This document shows positions 10,003 through 19,364 of a stretch of DNA of 64,000 bases, piece after piece. Position 1 is the first letter of the stretch. Every line of letters begins with the position of its first letter. Location of the stretch: the NCBI GenBank assembly GCA_963799485.1, contig CAWCXJ010000001.1, positions 64,001 to 128,000 on the forward strand, given 5' to 3'. Below the pieces are notes generated by a model, which ran no database searches, had not been told where the DNA came from, and was given only the letters and a program-made list of their open reading frames with translations. Both the position numbers and the translations under genes were made by a program. The DNA comes from an uncultured Trueperaceae bacterium. Lineage in GTDB: Bacteria; Deinococcota; Deinococci; Deinococcales; Trueperaceae.

Positions 10003-11792
10003 GGCTGCTCCAGAAAACGAGTAAACCCCAGGTCGATGCTCGGCTCGAGCGGCGGGTTCTCCTCTAACGGGTCTTCGCGGGGGCCTGTTTCCGGCAGGGT
10101 TTCGGGTGTCTCGTCGGGTGGGTTGTCGGGCGCAGGTGCTGATTCAGGGGGCCGCGCTGCAGGCTGTTTTGGGCCACGCACCTTTAGGTCGACGTATTCG
10201 CTTCCCGAAATGAGGTACGGCAGACTGAGGCGCGTCAAAAGTCTCGCTTTACCCCCCACGGTCGCCTCGACGACGAGTTCGCTCGCCTGCACATTGTCTT
10301 CGATCGCGCCTAAGAGTTCGGCAAACGACAAGAGTGGACGCAGGTCGCCTTCGCCCTCGGCAGGGGTCGCGCCGCCGCGCACACTCAGCGTCACCGCGCC
10401 GCGCAGTTTGGGCGGGAGCCGCACCTTGACGCGCTCGACGACGGGCTCTGTGCGGTAGGGTTGCAGCCGCACGTTGAGAAACAACGTCGCGCCCGCCTCG
10501 AGGTTTGTACGTTCCGGAACGACTTCGACAAGCTCGGCGACGCGCTCCTGCTGCCTGACCTGAATACTCATCGAAACGCGCGTGACCTCGGCAGCCTGAA
10601 ACGGGTTTCCGGCAAAAAGGGCGAGCGGTTCGGCGGCGAGGCCGGCGGCGGCGAAAGCGAGGTCGTCCGGTGAAGCGGTCTGCTCGAGCGCCCGCACTCT
10701 CCGGCCCCCCGCGAGGGTGATGTCCCACGCCAGCTCCGCAGTACCGCCTCTACGCGCCGCTAGCAGTTCGTCGAAAGCTTGCAACGTCGCCGAGGCCAAG
10801 AGCGGCGCGTAAAGGCGTTCGTCGCCCGCGACCTCGAAGCGTTTCTCGAGCGCACCCGCGTCACCGCTAAAATGAAGCGTTACCGGGACGAACTCGGGAG
10901 CCTTGCCGACAACCCCGCTGATCGCGTAAGGTCGGTCTTGGGTCACGCTGCCAAGAATCCGCCGTCCGCTGTCGGCGAGCTTGAAAGGGGTGGTGCGGCT
11001 CGGGACGAGCGCAGTGATGTAGGCGGGCGCGAGCGCCAGCGATACCGGCCCGCGCCCTAAAAGCGGATGTCCGAACGCCCAGAACTCATCGTCCTCCAGC
11101 ATCGTCAGCGTCCCGACGGCGGCGACGGTCACGTCACCCCGGACGAGCTGCACACTGATCGCGCTCCCCGGTTGGAGCTTGAAGGCCTCGTCTTGCCGCG
11201 CGTAGGCGTTTTGGAGGCGTGTCCCTGCCACCGGGAGATTAAGGGGCTCGAGCGAGTCGGCCAACAGCGGCCCTAAAAATGCCCCCGCACGTTCCGACAA
11301 CCCTGAAATGAGCAGCGGTGTGCGGACGGGAACGATGCGGCTAAAGTCGATTTCCGGCCCGAACGCGGTGCGTTTGTCCGTTTTTGGCTCAGCACGCGGA
11401 TCGGCGCGGCGCATCGTCGCAATCGGCGTAACGAGCCCCAAGCCTCCGGTACTCTCCGGAAAGGTAAAGCTGACAGCCCCCAGGAGTGCGTCTTTGCCCC
11501 CGTAACGCAGGTAGACCGGGCTGCCGCTCATACCCGAGGCGATACCGCCGGCGTCTTCGATAACCTTCCCGCTCGCCCGAATCAGCACCAGCGGAAAGCC
11601 GGTGCCGGCGTCGTACTGGAGTGCTAAAACCTCGACGTCAAAACGTGCGATTCGGTTGCCGGCTACGGCAGTGAGGGCGTAACCGGTCTGACCGGGCTCG
11701 AGGGCAGCAAGGGGCATCGGGGTGGCGGCGCGTACGCTACCAAACATGCCCAAAAACACGGTGAGTGCGAAGAAACTTGCGCGAGTAATCAT
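9999..11792 (-). CDS. Secreted SpoIVB-like peptidase (family S55)
   Basis: Signal peptide; [13 protein letters not shown] and AFGHPL motifs; Pro/Glu-rich tail. Confidence 0.85.
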   Translation of the reverse strand: MITRASFFALTVFLGMFGSVRAATPMPLAALEPGQTGYALTAVAGNRIARFDVEVLALQYDAGTGFPLVLIRASGKVIEDAGGIASGMSGSPVYLRYGGKDALLGAVSFTFPESTGGLGLVTPIATMRRADPRAEPKTDKRTAFGPEIDFSRIVPVRTPLLISGLSERAGAFLGPLLADSLEPLNLPVAGTRLQNAYARQDEAFKLQPGSAISVQLVRGDVTVAAVGTLTMLEDDEFWAFGHPLLGRGPVSLALAPAYITALVPSRTTPFKLADSGRRILGSVTQDRPYAISGVVGKAPEFVPVTLHFSGDAGALEKRFEVAGDERLYAPLLASATLQAFDELLAARRGGTAELAWDITLAGGRRVRALEQTASPDDLAFAAAGLAAEPLALFAGNPFQAAEVTRVSMSIQVRQQERVAELVEVVPERTNLEAGATLFLNVRLQPYRTEPVVERVKVRLPPKLRGAVTLSVRGGATPAEGEGDLRPLLSFAELLGAIEDNVQASELVVEATVGGKARLLTRLSLPYLISGSEYVDLKVRGPKQPAARPPESAPAPDNPPDETPETLPETGPREDPLEENPPLEPSIDLGFTRFLEQP

Positions 11793-11835
11793 AGCCAGTA
11801 GCGGCTACAGAAACTTGTGTGCTTTGCAAGTCGGC

Positions 11836-12867
11836 TCAAGGCTGGCGCTCCGGAAAACGCTCGGAAACGAGGGCGTCCTCAGGTTCGGTCAGCGAGAGCG
11901 CCCTGCCGGTGCCGAGCACCACACAGTCGGCAGCGTTTTCCGCCACGACGACGGGCAGACCGGTCGCTTGCCCCAAGAGATCGGCGAGGTTACGCAGGCG
12001 CGCCCCACCGCCGGTTACGGCGATGCCCTTGTCGATAACGTCCGCAGCGAGTTCGGGGGGGGCAGCTTCCAAAACGCGCTGAACTGCCGCGACGAGCTTC
12101 TCGAGGGGATCGCGGAGCGCCTCTACCACATCGTCGGTGGTCACGACCACGTTTTTCGGCATACTGCTGGTGATGTCACGCCCGCGCACCTCGAAGCTGC
12201 CGACTTCGTCCGAACCTTTAAGTGCCGCTCCGACCCGAAGTTTGATCTCCTCGGCGGTGCGGTCGCCGATCAGCATATTTTCCTTGTGCCGGATAAAGCG
12301 CACGATGGCCTCGTCGAACTCACTCCCGGCAATTCGCAAAGATTCTGCGACGACCACGCCGCCCAAGCTGATGACGGCCACGTCGGTGGTGCCGCCGCCG
12401 ATATCGACAATCAGCTTGCCGGTCGGTTCGGTGACGTCTAGACCTGCGCCGATGGCGGCGGCGAGCGGCGCTTCGATCAGGCGTGCCTGCTTCGCGCCGA
12501 CCTCACGCACCGCCTGCAGCACCGCGCGTTTTTCGGCGTCGGTAACTCCGGGCGGAACACAGACCATAACGTTGTACCCCAAAAGACGGCCCGGCCCGCT
12601 CAGCACACGCCGAAGAAACGCTCCCAGCATCTTTTTGGTCAGCGCGTAGTCGGCAACCACGCCGTCTCGCAGCGGTCTTACCGTGACGACGCTGCCGGGG
12701 GTACGTCCGAGTAGCCGGTAGGCTTCTTCGCCGACGGCGCGCACCTCGCCGGTCTCTTTGGCAAGTGCGACGACCGAGGGTTCGCGGAGTACGACGCCCT
12801 TGCCCCTGACGTAGATTAGAACCGTTGCCGTGCCCAGATCGACGCCGATCTCCTGAGGTCTAAACAT
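11836..12867 (-). CDS. mreB: MreB/Mbl-family actin homolog, divergent
   Basis: GVDLGTA, EPSVVA, PLRDGVVAD, VDIGGGTTD, TGGGA; no mreC/mreD adjacent. Confidence 0.9.
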   Translation of the reverse strand: MFRPQEIGVDLGTATVLIYVRGKGVVLREPSVVALAKETGEVRAVGEEAYRLLGRTPGSVVTVRPLRDGVVADYALTKKMLGAFLRRVLSGPGRLLGYNVMVCVPPGVTDAEKRAVLQAVREVGAKQARLIEAPLAAAIGAGLDVTEPTGKLIVDIGGGTTDVAVISLGGVVVAESLRIAGSEFDEAIVRFIRHKENMLIGDRTAEEIKLRVGAALKGSDEVGSFEVRGRDITSSMPKNVVVTTDDVVEALRDPLEKLVAAVQRVLEAAPPELAADVIDKGIAVTGGGARLRNLADLLGQATGLPVVVAENAADCVVLGTGRALSLTEPEDALVSERFPERQP

Positions 12868-12998
12868 CGCGCACGGTCTCTGGCGGCGGGAGCATCATAG
12901 CGGTAAAAACAGCACCGGTAAAAACAGCGGTAACGACGAAGGTCACAGGGCAGTATACCCCGCTCGCTGAAGTCGGCCTGAAGAAATCGAAACGGATT

Positions 12999-13568
12999 CT
13001 AGAGATAGAGGGGCGTCACCCGGTTCGCGCCGCCCCCGGCGCGGCGCGCCAGATAACCCGCGTCCGGCGGGACAGCTTCGAAGTAGGGGAGACGTAGCGG
13101 CGACCCCGCCGGGAACCCCAGCGCCTGCGCCGCCGTCCGCTCGAGCTTCACCAGCTCCCCTTCTTGAACCAGTTCGCCCCTGCGCCACTGAAACACGCCC
13201 GCGTAAACGTTGCCGCGCCGCGCGTCCAAAGCAACGACGCCGCGCGGTTCATGGTCGCCTAAAACGCCCGCTGCCATTGCCGCCAGGGTGCTTTCGCCGC
13301 GTAACGAAATACCCAAACCCTGCGCGATACCCCGTGCGGCGGCGACCCCGACCCGGAGCCCCGTGTACGACCCCGGCCCGACGCCGACCCCGACCCCCCG
13401 GAGGTCTTTGGGCGTCAATCCTGCCTGAGTAAACAGTGCGTCTAGGGCGGTGGGCAGGCGTCTGGCGTGGTCGCGGCCTACAGTTTCGCTTATAGTGGCA
13501 AGCACCCCGCCCCGGTAGAGCGCGAGGGCGAGATACGGGCTCGAGCAGTCCACACCGAGGTAAGCCAC
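12999..13568 (-). CDS. tsaB: t6A biosynthesis protein TsaB
   Basis: GVGPGSYTGLRVG, LDARRGNVY, C-terminal PLYL. Confidence 0.93.
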   Translation of the reverse strand: MAYLGVDCSSPYLALALYRGGVLATISETVGRDHARRLPTALDALFTQAGLTPKDLRGVGVGVGPGSYTGLRVGVAAARGIAQGLGISLRGESTLAAMAAGVLGDHEPRGVVALDARRGNVYAGVFQWRRGELVQEGELVKLERTAAQALGFPAGSPLRLPYFEAVPPDAGYLARRAGGGANRVTPLYL

Positions 13569-13599
13569 AGCACCAGCATAACCTTAAACCGGCATAGCC

Positions 13600-14022
13600 T
13601 TAAAAAAGGGGTCGGTCGCCCTGCGTTACGGCGGCGCGGCGCACGTCATCCTCGAGTGAGAGCCGCACGACAAGAGCGTCCGGAAAGGTTTTTAAGAGAC
13701 CTTCTCCCCATTCGACAGCGGTCAGCCGCGCCCGCTCCAGGTAATCCTCGAGTCCTAACTCGAAAAGTGTCTCGGCGTCGCCCAGGCGGTAGGCGTCGAT
13801 GTGAACGAGTACGCCCTCAGGCGTCGGGTACTCGTGAATAAGCGTATACGTCGGGCTGCTGACCTGCGCGCCGCTACCGAGCGCCCGCCCGAGCGCCTGA
13901 ACCAACGCCGTTTTACCGCTACCGAGCGGCCCGACAAGCAGCAGCAGCGCACCCGGAGGTGCGCGCTGTACGAGGCTTTGGGCGAGATTTTGCGTGTCTG
14001 CGAGCGAGCCGAGCAGGGCCAT
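13600..14022 (-). CDS. tsaE: t6A biosynthesis ATPase TsaE
   Basis: GPLGSGKT, VSSPTYTLIHEY, HIDAYRL, VEW. Confidence 0.95.
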   Translation of the reverse strand: MALLGSLADTQNLAQSLVQRAPPGALLLLVGPLGSGKTALVQALGRALGSGAQVSSPTYTLIHEYPTPEGVLVHIDAYRLGDAETLFELGLEDYLERARLTAVEWGEGLLKTFPDALVVRLSLEDDVRRAAVTQGDRPLF

Positions 14023-14130
14023 AACGCCATTACAGCAGATTGTTAGCAGGTGTTATCTGGTCGGTAACACTTTCCATTTAAGGTTTACCGACTGGAACGC
14101 ACATTCTGACGATGACCTGCTTGTGCTCAC

Positions 14131-14216
14131 TAAGGGCATGTCCCCAAGGGTATAGCGGCGTCAACCTAGCGTAGCAATGCTAAATCCGGCAATCTACCTG
14201 CAACGCGAGCTGACCC
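14131..14216. repeat. Intergenic element copy 1 (shares ordered blocks with 17805-17929)
   Basis: ATGTCCCC 14138, AAGGGTATA 14146, ACCTGC 14196, GAGCTG 14207, ACCC 14213. Confidence 0.45.
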
Positions 14217-14313
14217 GGTAAAGCCAAGTTCGACTGCTCCCTGCTGGGTTCGTTTTACGCTTTTACTTCCAACTTCCGGTTTATGCAGCTGAGTCGGTAG
14301 ACCGACATACCTT

Positions 14314-16248
14314 CTAGCCGGGCGCGCCGACCGGTTCGAGGAGCGTGACGAGTTCGGGCAGGGCGTCGAGCGCAGCTTGCCGAACCGCGCCGCGCCAACT
14401 CGGGGCGCGGGTTATGAGAGCGAGGCTGCGGGCGCGGGTCAACCAGAAGATCACGAGCGTATAACCCTGGGTTTCGACGCTCAGCGTTGTAGCGTCCTCT
14501 TCTCCCAGCCCCTGCCCCAGGGTGTCGGCGCGCCGTTTGGTTAGGCGCACGGCGCGTTGCAGCGTTTTGACCGCCGTCGGCAGGTTGCCTGAAACGAGCG
14601 TATCGGCTTCGATAAAGAGTGCGAGTCCGGCGACACCTTCGTGCGCGGCTTGACGCTCGAGCCAAGCTTGCACCTCCGGGTGAGGCGTAGACGGTGAAGT
14701 TGCCGGGATAGCAGGTTTGGCGGCTGCTCGGGGCGGCCCGGCAAACAGCTCTAGACCACCCAGCATATCGTCTAGCGCGTCGTTTCCTGCCAACAGTTGG
14801 GCGGCGACGGCGCGGGTCGCCTCGGCCTCTTCTTGCAGCCCGGCAATCAGCGCTTCGGTCTCCCGCAAACTCGCCTCGAGTTCGGCTTGACGCTTGGGAG
14901 AAACGCGCTGTGACGCGCCCTGCTGCGCGCTTAGCGCCCCGAGCTGCCAGCGCAGCGTCAGCGCCGCGTCCGAGTTGAGCGTTTGAAGCGGCGTGGCGGC
15001 GTTTTGAGCGGCGGCGACCCGGCCCACGAAGCTCTGGGCGCTCCGCTGCTGCTCGGCTTTGGCCCTCTTCAAAAGCGTCCAACCCTCGTCTAAATTGGGG
15101 AGGAGGTGGGCCTTCTCGAGCCCTTCACGCGCCACGGTCAAAAAGCTCTCGAGTGCCCGACCTGAATCGCTCGCCACGACGCGGTAGCTCTCGGCGTCGG
15201 TCTCGAGGCGGTGAAAGTCGGCTAGGTGTTCCGGGTCGAGGTCGCCCGCGCGGAGCAGGTCACGAACGCGCTTGACGTCGGCAGCGGGTGGGAGCGCCGT
15301 TTCCAGCACCTTGAGCGAGAGCCTGAGCAGCTGCGCGAGTTCAGGATTTTCGACCCCGTACTTAAGCGTATGGAACTCTTCTGCCAAACTCTTGCGAAGG
15401 GTTTCTCTTTGCGCCTCGAGCTCGCTGCGAAAAGTTCGGAGCTTGTCGCCTAAAACGTTTCCGTCGGCAACTTGCTTTTGCAACCCGGCAAGTTTTTCGC
15501 CGAGGGCGGGCTCGAGGGCCAAAAGTGTACCGAAGGTTTCGGGTAAGGCGCGCAGCTCACGCGCCTCGTCACCTAAAATCCTGAGCTTTTCCGCGCGCAG
15601 GTCGCCTGCGAGTTGATGCGCCCGTTCAACCTCTGCCGGAACCCGCTGCTGCGCTTCCTGGGCTCCCCGAATCAGTTCTAGGAGTCCACTCAAACGCCGC
15701 ACTTTGGGGCTGCCCAGGCTGCTGTGTTCGCCCCAGGTGGCCTCCAAGAGCGCCAGTTCGCGCGCCTGCACCGAGAGCTGGTCGTTGAGTTTCTGTTGCA
15801 ACACGCCGAGTTGAACCTGAGCCGCCGCAATCAGCTCACTGGCGTTGCGGGTCGCGGCGTGTTCGGTTTCGATAAGCGAGAGTTGCGCGCGCAGTTTCTG
15901 GGTTTCACTCCACTCGAAATAGATGTTAAACGGCTTGAGCGAAGCTTGCAGCAGTCCTATTGCCCGCGCCTGCGCGCTCAGGCTTAGCGCTTTTTCCGCA
16001 CCGACCGCAACCTGAACAAGCTTTTCGGATATGGTTTGAACGGTCTCTTTCGCCTTTGCCTCACCGAGTGAAAGTGTCAGGCGCGGGAGCACCCGACCCC
16101 GCAAAATCACCTCGGCGTCTTGTGGCGCAAGCGTTTCAGGGGTTTTGCCGACGGTGATGAGCCCTTCGTGCAGCGCCTGCGACACGAGCCGGGGGGAGAG
16201 CACCGCCTCGAGTTCACGGACGGCTGCCTTATAGAGCGCGTTCGCCAT
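14314..16248 (-). CDS. Large coiled-coil hypothetical protein with possible C-terminal Roadblock/LC7-like domain
   Basis: Long Leu/Glu/Ala heptad-rich region; C-terminal GVAGLALFIEADTLVSGNLP...LSVET...LALIT pattern resembles Roadblock fold (inference). Confidence 0.6.
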   Translation of the reverse strand: MANALYKAAVRELEAVLSPRLVSQALHEGLITVGKTPETLAPQDAEVILRGRVLPRLTLSLGEAKAKETVQTISEKLVQVAVGAEKALSLSAQARAIGLLQASLKPFNIYFEWSETQKLRAQLSLIETEHAATRNASELIAAAQVQLGVLQQKLNDQLSVQARELALLEATWGEHSSLGSPKVRRLSGLLELIRGAQEAQQRVPAEVERAHQLAGDLRAEKLRILGDEARELRALPETFGTLLALEPALGEKLAGLQKQVADGNVLGDKLRTFRSELEAQRETLRKSLAEEFHTLKYGVENPELAQLLRLSLKVLETALPPAADVKRVRDLLRAGDLDPEHLADFHRLETDAESYRVVASDSGRALESFLTVAREGLEKAHLLPNLDEGWTLLKRAKAEQQRSAQSFVGRVAAAQNAATPLQTLNSDAALTLRWQLGALSAQQGASQRVSPKRQAELEASLRETEALIAGLQEEAEATRAVAAQLLAGNDALDDMLGGLELFAGPPRAAAKPAIPATSPSTPHPEVQAWLERQAAHEGVAGLALFIEADTLVSGNLPTAVKTLQRAVRLTKRRADTLGQGLGEEDATTLSVETQGYTLVIFWLTRARSLALITRAPSWRGAVRQAALDALPELVTLLEPVGAPG

Positions 16249-16250
16249 CT

Positions 16251-17795
16251 CTAGAAGTCTTCGTCCCAGTCGAGGGTACCTGTCGCAAGGGGGGCCGACC
16301 GGGGTGCGTAGCCCGGCGCTTGCCCTGCGGCGCTCCGGTCGCGCTCCGGCGGGGTCGTCTTATCCGCTTCGCTTTGGTGGTCGGTTATACGTTCGGCTGC
16401 ATGTCCTGCAGTGCGCCAGCCAATAGCAAGGCAGAGCACGGCGGCAACGGTCAGGGAAACCCAGACGAGCTGCATCACCGGATTTACAAAAAGTGAATAG
16501 CTGCCGGCCTGAGCGAGCTGCGGCTGATCGACAAGCGGTGCGAGGAGATCGGCAAGCGCGACGAAGCCTTGGGCGACGGCGGGTAAGAGCAAGAGAGCGA
16601 GCGCTGCGTCTTGCCACGGCGACGTGTTGGGGGCAAATAGCAGCCGGACAAGCCCTACGAGCGCGAGTAGCCCGGCGGCGATGAAAAGCAGGTCGCGCAC
16701 GTCCGGGGTCAAAAAGGGTAGCGCGGGAGCCACACCGGGCTCCGTAACGTCGGTTTGAACAGGTTCGGTCTGGCCCGAGCTGGTTGCGGGGTTTGGAAAG
16801 GTAGGCTGCGTGTTGCCGTCCGTTAGGGCGTCGTCAAGGGTCGTAACCGGGGGCACAAACGGGGCCGCGCCGGAACCGTTCTCTGAGGCGTCGCTCCCGG
16901 TCGTCTGGTTCGGGGCAGTTGCCGGGTCGGGTTGTGCCTGAGTCCGAGCTGCCGTTTCTCCGTTACCGTTTCCGGCACCGTCTCCAGCACCGTCTTTAGC
17001 ACTGTCCCCGGAGTTGTCCCCGGCTCCAGCACTGTCTGTTTGCGCTACTGCTTCCGCCTCGGCGCGTTCGGCTCTCCTGGCAAACCCGGTAAGTTGCGCC
17101 CTGAGCAGGCTTATCCCCTCGTCAATCGGACGTTCTGCGACGAGCGCCCGGATCGTGCCGATCACGGTATCTTGCGTTTTCGGCGGCAGACGCGGCGAGT
17201 CTTGCACGAGAAAAATGTAGCTGTAGAGCTGCGCGAGCGTCCGGTAGCGGTCTTCGAGGTTGCCGCCGAAGGTGCCGAGTTGTGCGAGACCGCGCGCCGC
17301 CAACCGCGCCTCGAACGCACCCTGCAACGCCGCTTGCGCCAAGCCGCTAAACTGCGCGTCCGCAAACCCCAAGTCCCGGCCTAGTACATTCAAGAAATTC
17401 CGGGCACTCTCCAGGTCACCGTTTGCCGCGTTCTGGAGGGCCTGCTGGTAAACGGCGCGGCCGAAGCCGCCCTGCAGTACGGCGGACTGCACCTGCAGGT
17501 CGGTCTCGCTCTGGTTGACGATAGCCTCTTCCGCGCGGCTGAAGGTCGCGTTCAGACCGCTGCGGAGGGTCGGCTTGAGCAACGCCCCGAGTGGCTCAAA
17601 GGCGATTTCGGCCTGCCTCAAGGCGTCCAGACTTTCAACCTGGTCGCTTGGAAAGGCGGCGATACTCGAGCGCAGCGCAGCAGTCGCGTCCTCGTAACTC
17701 GTCAGCAGGGGTTGCGCCAGACCAAAGCTGGCACTGAGGAGGCATGAAGTTAGCAGCAGTTTTGTTAGCAGTGGCATAAATATCGTTGGTTTCAT
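16251..17795 (-). CDS. Hypothetical exported/membrane-anchored protein
   Basis: Signal peptide ending ASFGLA, helical domain, low-complexity linker, about 3 C-terminal TM helices, acidic end LDWDEDF; RBS AAGGAG. Confidence 0.75.
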   Translation of the reverse strand: MKPTIFMPLLTKLLLTSCLLSASFGLAQPLLTSYEDATAALRSSIAAFPSDQVESLDALRQAEIAFEPLGALLKPTLRSGLNATFSRAEEAIVNQSETDLQVQSAVLQGGFGRAVYQQALQNAANGDLESARNFLNVLGRDLGFADAQFSGLAQAALQGAFEARLAARGLAQLGTFGGNLEDRYRTLAQLYSYIFLVQDSPRLPPKTQDTVIGTIRALVAERPIDEGISLLRAQLTGFARRAERAEAEAVAQTDSAGAGDNSGDSAKDGAGDGAGNGNGETAARTQAQPDPATAPNQTTGSDASENGSGAAPFVPPVTTLDDALTDGNTQPTFPNPATSSGQTEPVQTDVTEPGVAPALPFLTPDVRDLLFIAAGLLALVGLVRLLFAPNTSPWQDAALALLLLPAVAQGFVALADLLAPLVDQPQLAQAGSYSLFVNPVMQLVWVSLTVAAVLCLAIGWRTAGHAAERITDHQSEADKTTPPERDRSAAGQAPGYAPRSAPLATGTLDWDEDF

Positions 17796-17804
17796 CAGGT
17801 CTCC

Positions 17805-17929
17805 TTAGGCGTATGTCCCCTTCCTAAAGGGTATAAACCGGGCGCTTGCAGGGGTGTCGGCCCGGGTTTCTTTGTTTGACAACCTCTAGGGCGCACGCCC
17901 GGAACCTGCTGAGCTGCGACCCTTAAGGA
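17805..17929. repeat. Intergenic element copy 2; folds into a long imperfect hairpin
   Basis: ATGTCCCC 17813, AAGGGTATA 17827, ACCTGC 17904, GAGCTG 17911, GACCC 17918; stems 17822-17832/17919-17929 and 17838-17844/17896-17902. Confidence 0.45.
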
Positions 17930-18231
17930 CTTGTTTCAATGGCCCAGCATACTGCCGGGACAAACGTCCGGGTGTGAAATATCAGCTAGTACGCTTTTGT
18001 CCACCGATTTGTCCGCCAAAGGCTTCTCTGTGTACGTGTTTTCGTTAGCTCGTATGTTTTCGCTACGGGTTGTTCGGGTTGTCGCCCGGACGCGTCACTT
18101 CGTGTTACATTCTCCCATGTCGCCGTTTGTCGCTGTTTTGCCGTGTCTATCGCCCTATACCCCGCGCCGTTTACGGCTGAGGGAGCGCAACGTATGTTCT
18201 GCGCTTAATCTGGGTAATGCCCTGATGATGT

Positions 18232-18894
18232 ATGTTCTCTGACGTGAGCTTGGACGTAACCTCCGGAACCGCAGCTAAACGTCCGGGCCGGCCCGGGATT
18301 TTGTTCGTGATGACGGGCGCTTCAGGGGTCGGTAAAGACACCATCCGGCAGGCCGCGCTCCCGAACGTCGATCTGTACTTTTCAATCTCCGCGACGACGC
18401 GGGGCCGCCGCCCGGGTGAGGTTCACGGCAAACAGTACTTTTTTTACGAGAAAGCGGCGTTTGAAGCGCTGATTACCGAGGACGCGCTTTTGGAGTACGC
18501 CGAATACGTCGGTGACTTTTACGGTACCCCGGCAGAAGCGGTCCAGAACGCTTTGGCGGAGGGCCGAGACGTTTTGGTAGAACTCGAGTTAGTCGGTGCG
18601 CGGCAGGTCAAGGCAAAGATGCCGGGGGCGATCATGATTTTTATTGCGCCGCCGAGCTTAAGTGAACTCGAGCGCCGTCTGCGCGGACGCGGTACCGACT
18701 CCGAAAGCCGGATTCAAAAACGTCTGGCGCGCGCCCGCGAAGAGATTCGCGCCGTAAAAGAGTTCGACTATGTGGTTGTGAATGACACGCTGCCTACGGC
18801 GGTTCGTGATTTTTGCAGTATCATCTACGCTGAGCGCGCCCGCACCTCGCTTTTGAGTAAACGCGACATCGCCAACTTCTTGCGCGAACTCTAG
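18232..18894 (+). CDS. gmk: Guanylate kinase
   Basis: GASGVGKDT, SISATTR..RPGEVHG..YFF, YGTP, LRGRGTDS. Confidence 0.97.
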   Translation: MFSDVSLDVTSGTAAKRPGRPGILFVMTGASGVGKDTIRQAALPNVDLYFSISATTRGRRPGEVHGKQYFFYEKAAFEALITEDALLEYAEYVGDFYGTPAEAVQNALAEGRDVLVELELVGARQVKAKMPGAIMIFIAPPSLSELERRLRGRGTDSESRIQKRLARAREEIRAVKEFDYVVVNDTLPTAVRDFCSIIYAERARTSLLSKRDIANFLREL

Positions 18895-18939
18895 CGCCCA
18901 CCGGAGCGTGCCGAACGAATCAAGTTTTAAGGAGACACC

Positions 18940-19248
18940 ATGGCTCAAGAAGGTTTCGACACCCTGATGGAATTAACCGAGTCGCGTTACCGCCTCTCGA
19001 TGGTCACAGCGCGCCGCGCCGCACAGCTTAAACTCGGCATCCCCTCGGTGTTGCCCAAAGACGAAGTGCCGCACACCCGCAACACCGTGACCATAGCGAT
19101 GAAAGAACTCGAGGAGGGCGCAGGCATTCTCTGGGGCGACGACCTGCCGAGCACCGAACAGCTCCGGACACTTGTCGAACGTGAGCGCCGCGAAGAACCG
19201 AGCAGCTACAGCGTCTCACGCCGCCCGCGTGACGAGGACGACGAGTAA
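18940..19248 (+). CDS. rpoZ: RNA polymerase omega subunit
   Basis: SRYRLSMVTARRAAQL, VTIAMKEL; RBS AAGGAG; gmk-rpoZ-coaBC order. Confidence 0.95.
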   Translation: MAQEGFDTLMELTESRYRLSMVTARRAAQLKLGIPSVLPKDEVPHTRNTVTIAMKELEEGAGILWGDDLPSTEQLRTLVERERREEPSSYSVSRRPRDEDDE

Positions 19249-19364
19249 CGAGGGCGCAAGCTTTCGGTTTTTGTAAAACGAGGAAGCAAGTAGGAACAGC
19301 CCGCCTTTGCATCTGCTATGAGATTACCCCTGATTTACGGACAACCGCCTGTAGCCACTGGATT

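Noticed and set aside
14131..14200. SAM-I riboswitch resemblance (CAACC...TGCTAAATCCGGCAA)
   Set aside because: Lacks the AUCxAGAG start, GCAACC and GGUGC, and no plus-strand gene follows
14200..14225. c-di-AMP riboswitch 3'-like segment AGCTGACCCGGTA
   Set aside because: Upstream conserved blocks are absent and the orientation has no downstream gene
17931..18242. 103-aa ORF upstream of gmk
   Set aside because: Atypical composition, no RBS, lies in a divergent promoter region
18230..18247. DdrO/RDRM radiation-response palindrome near gmk
   Set aside because: Half-site spacing is one base too long and the ends mismatch
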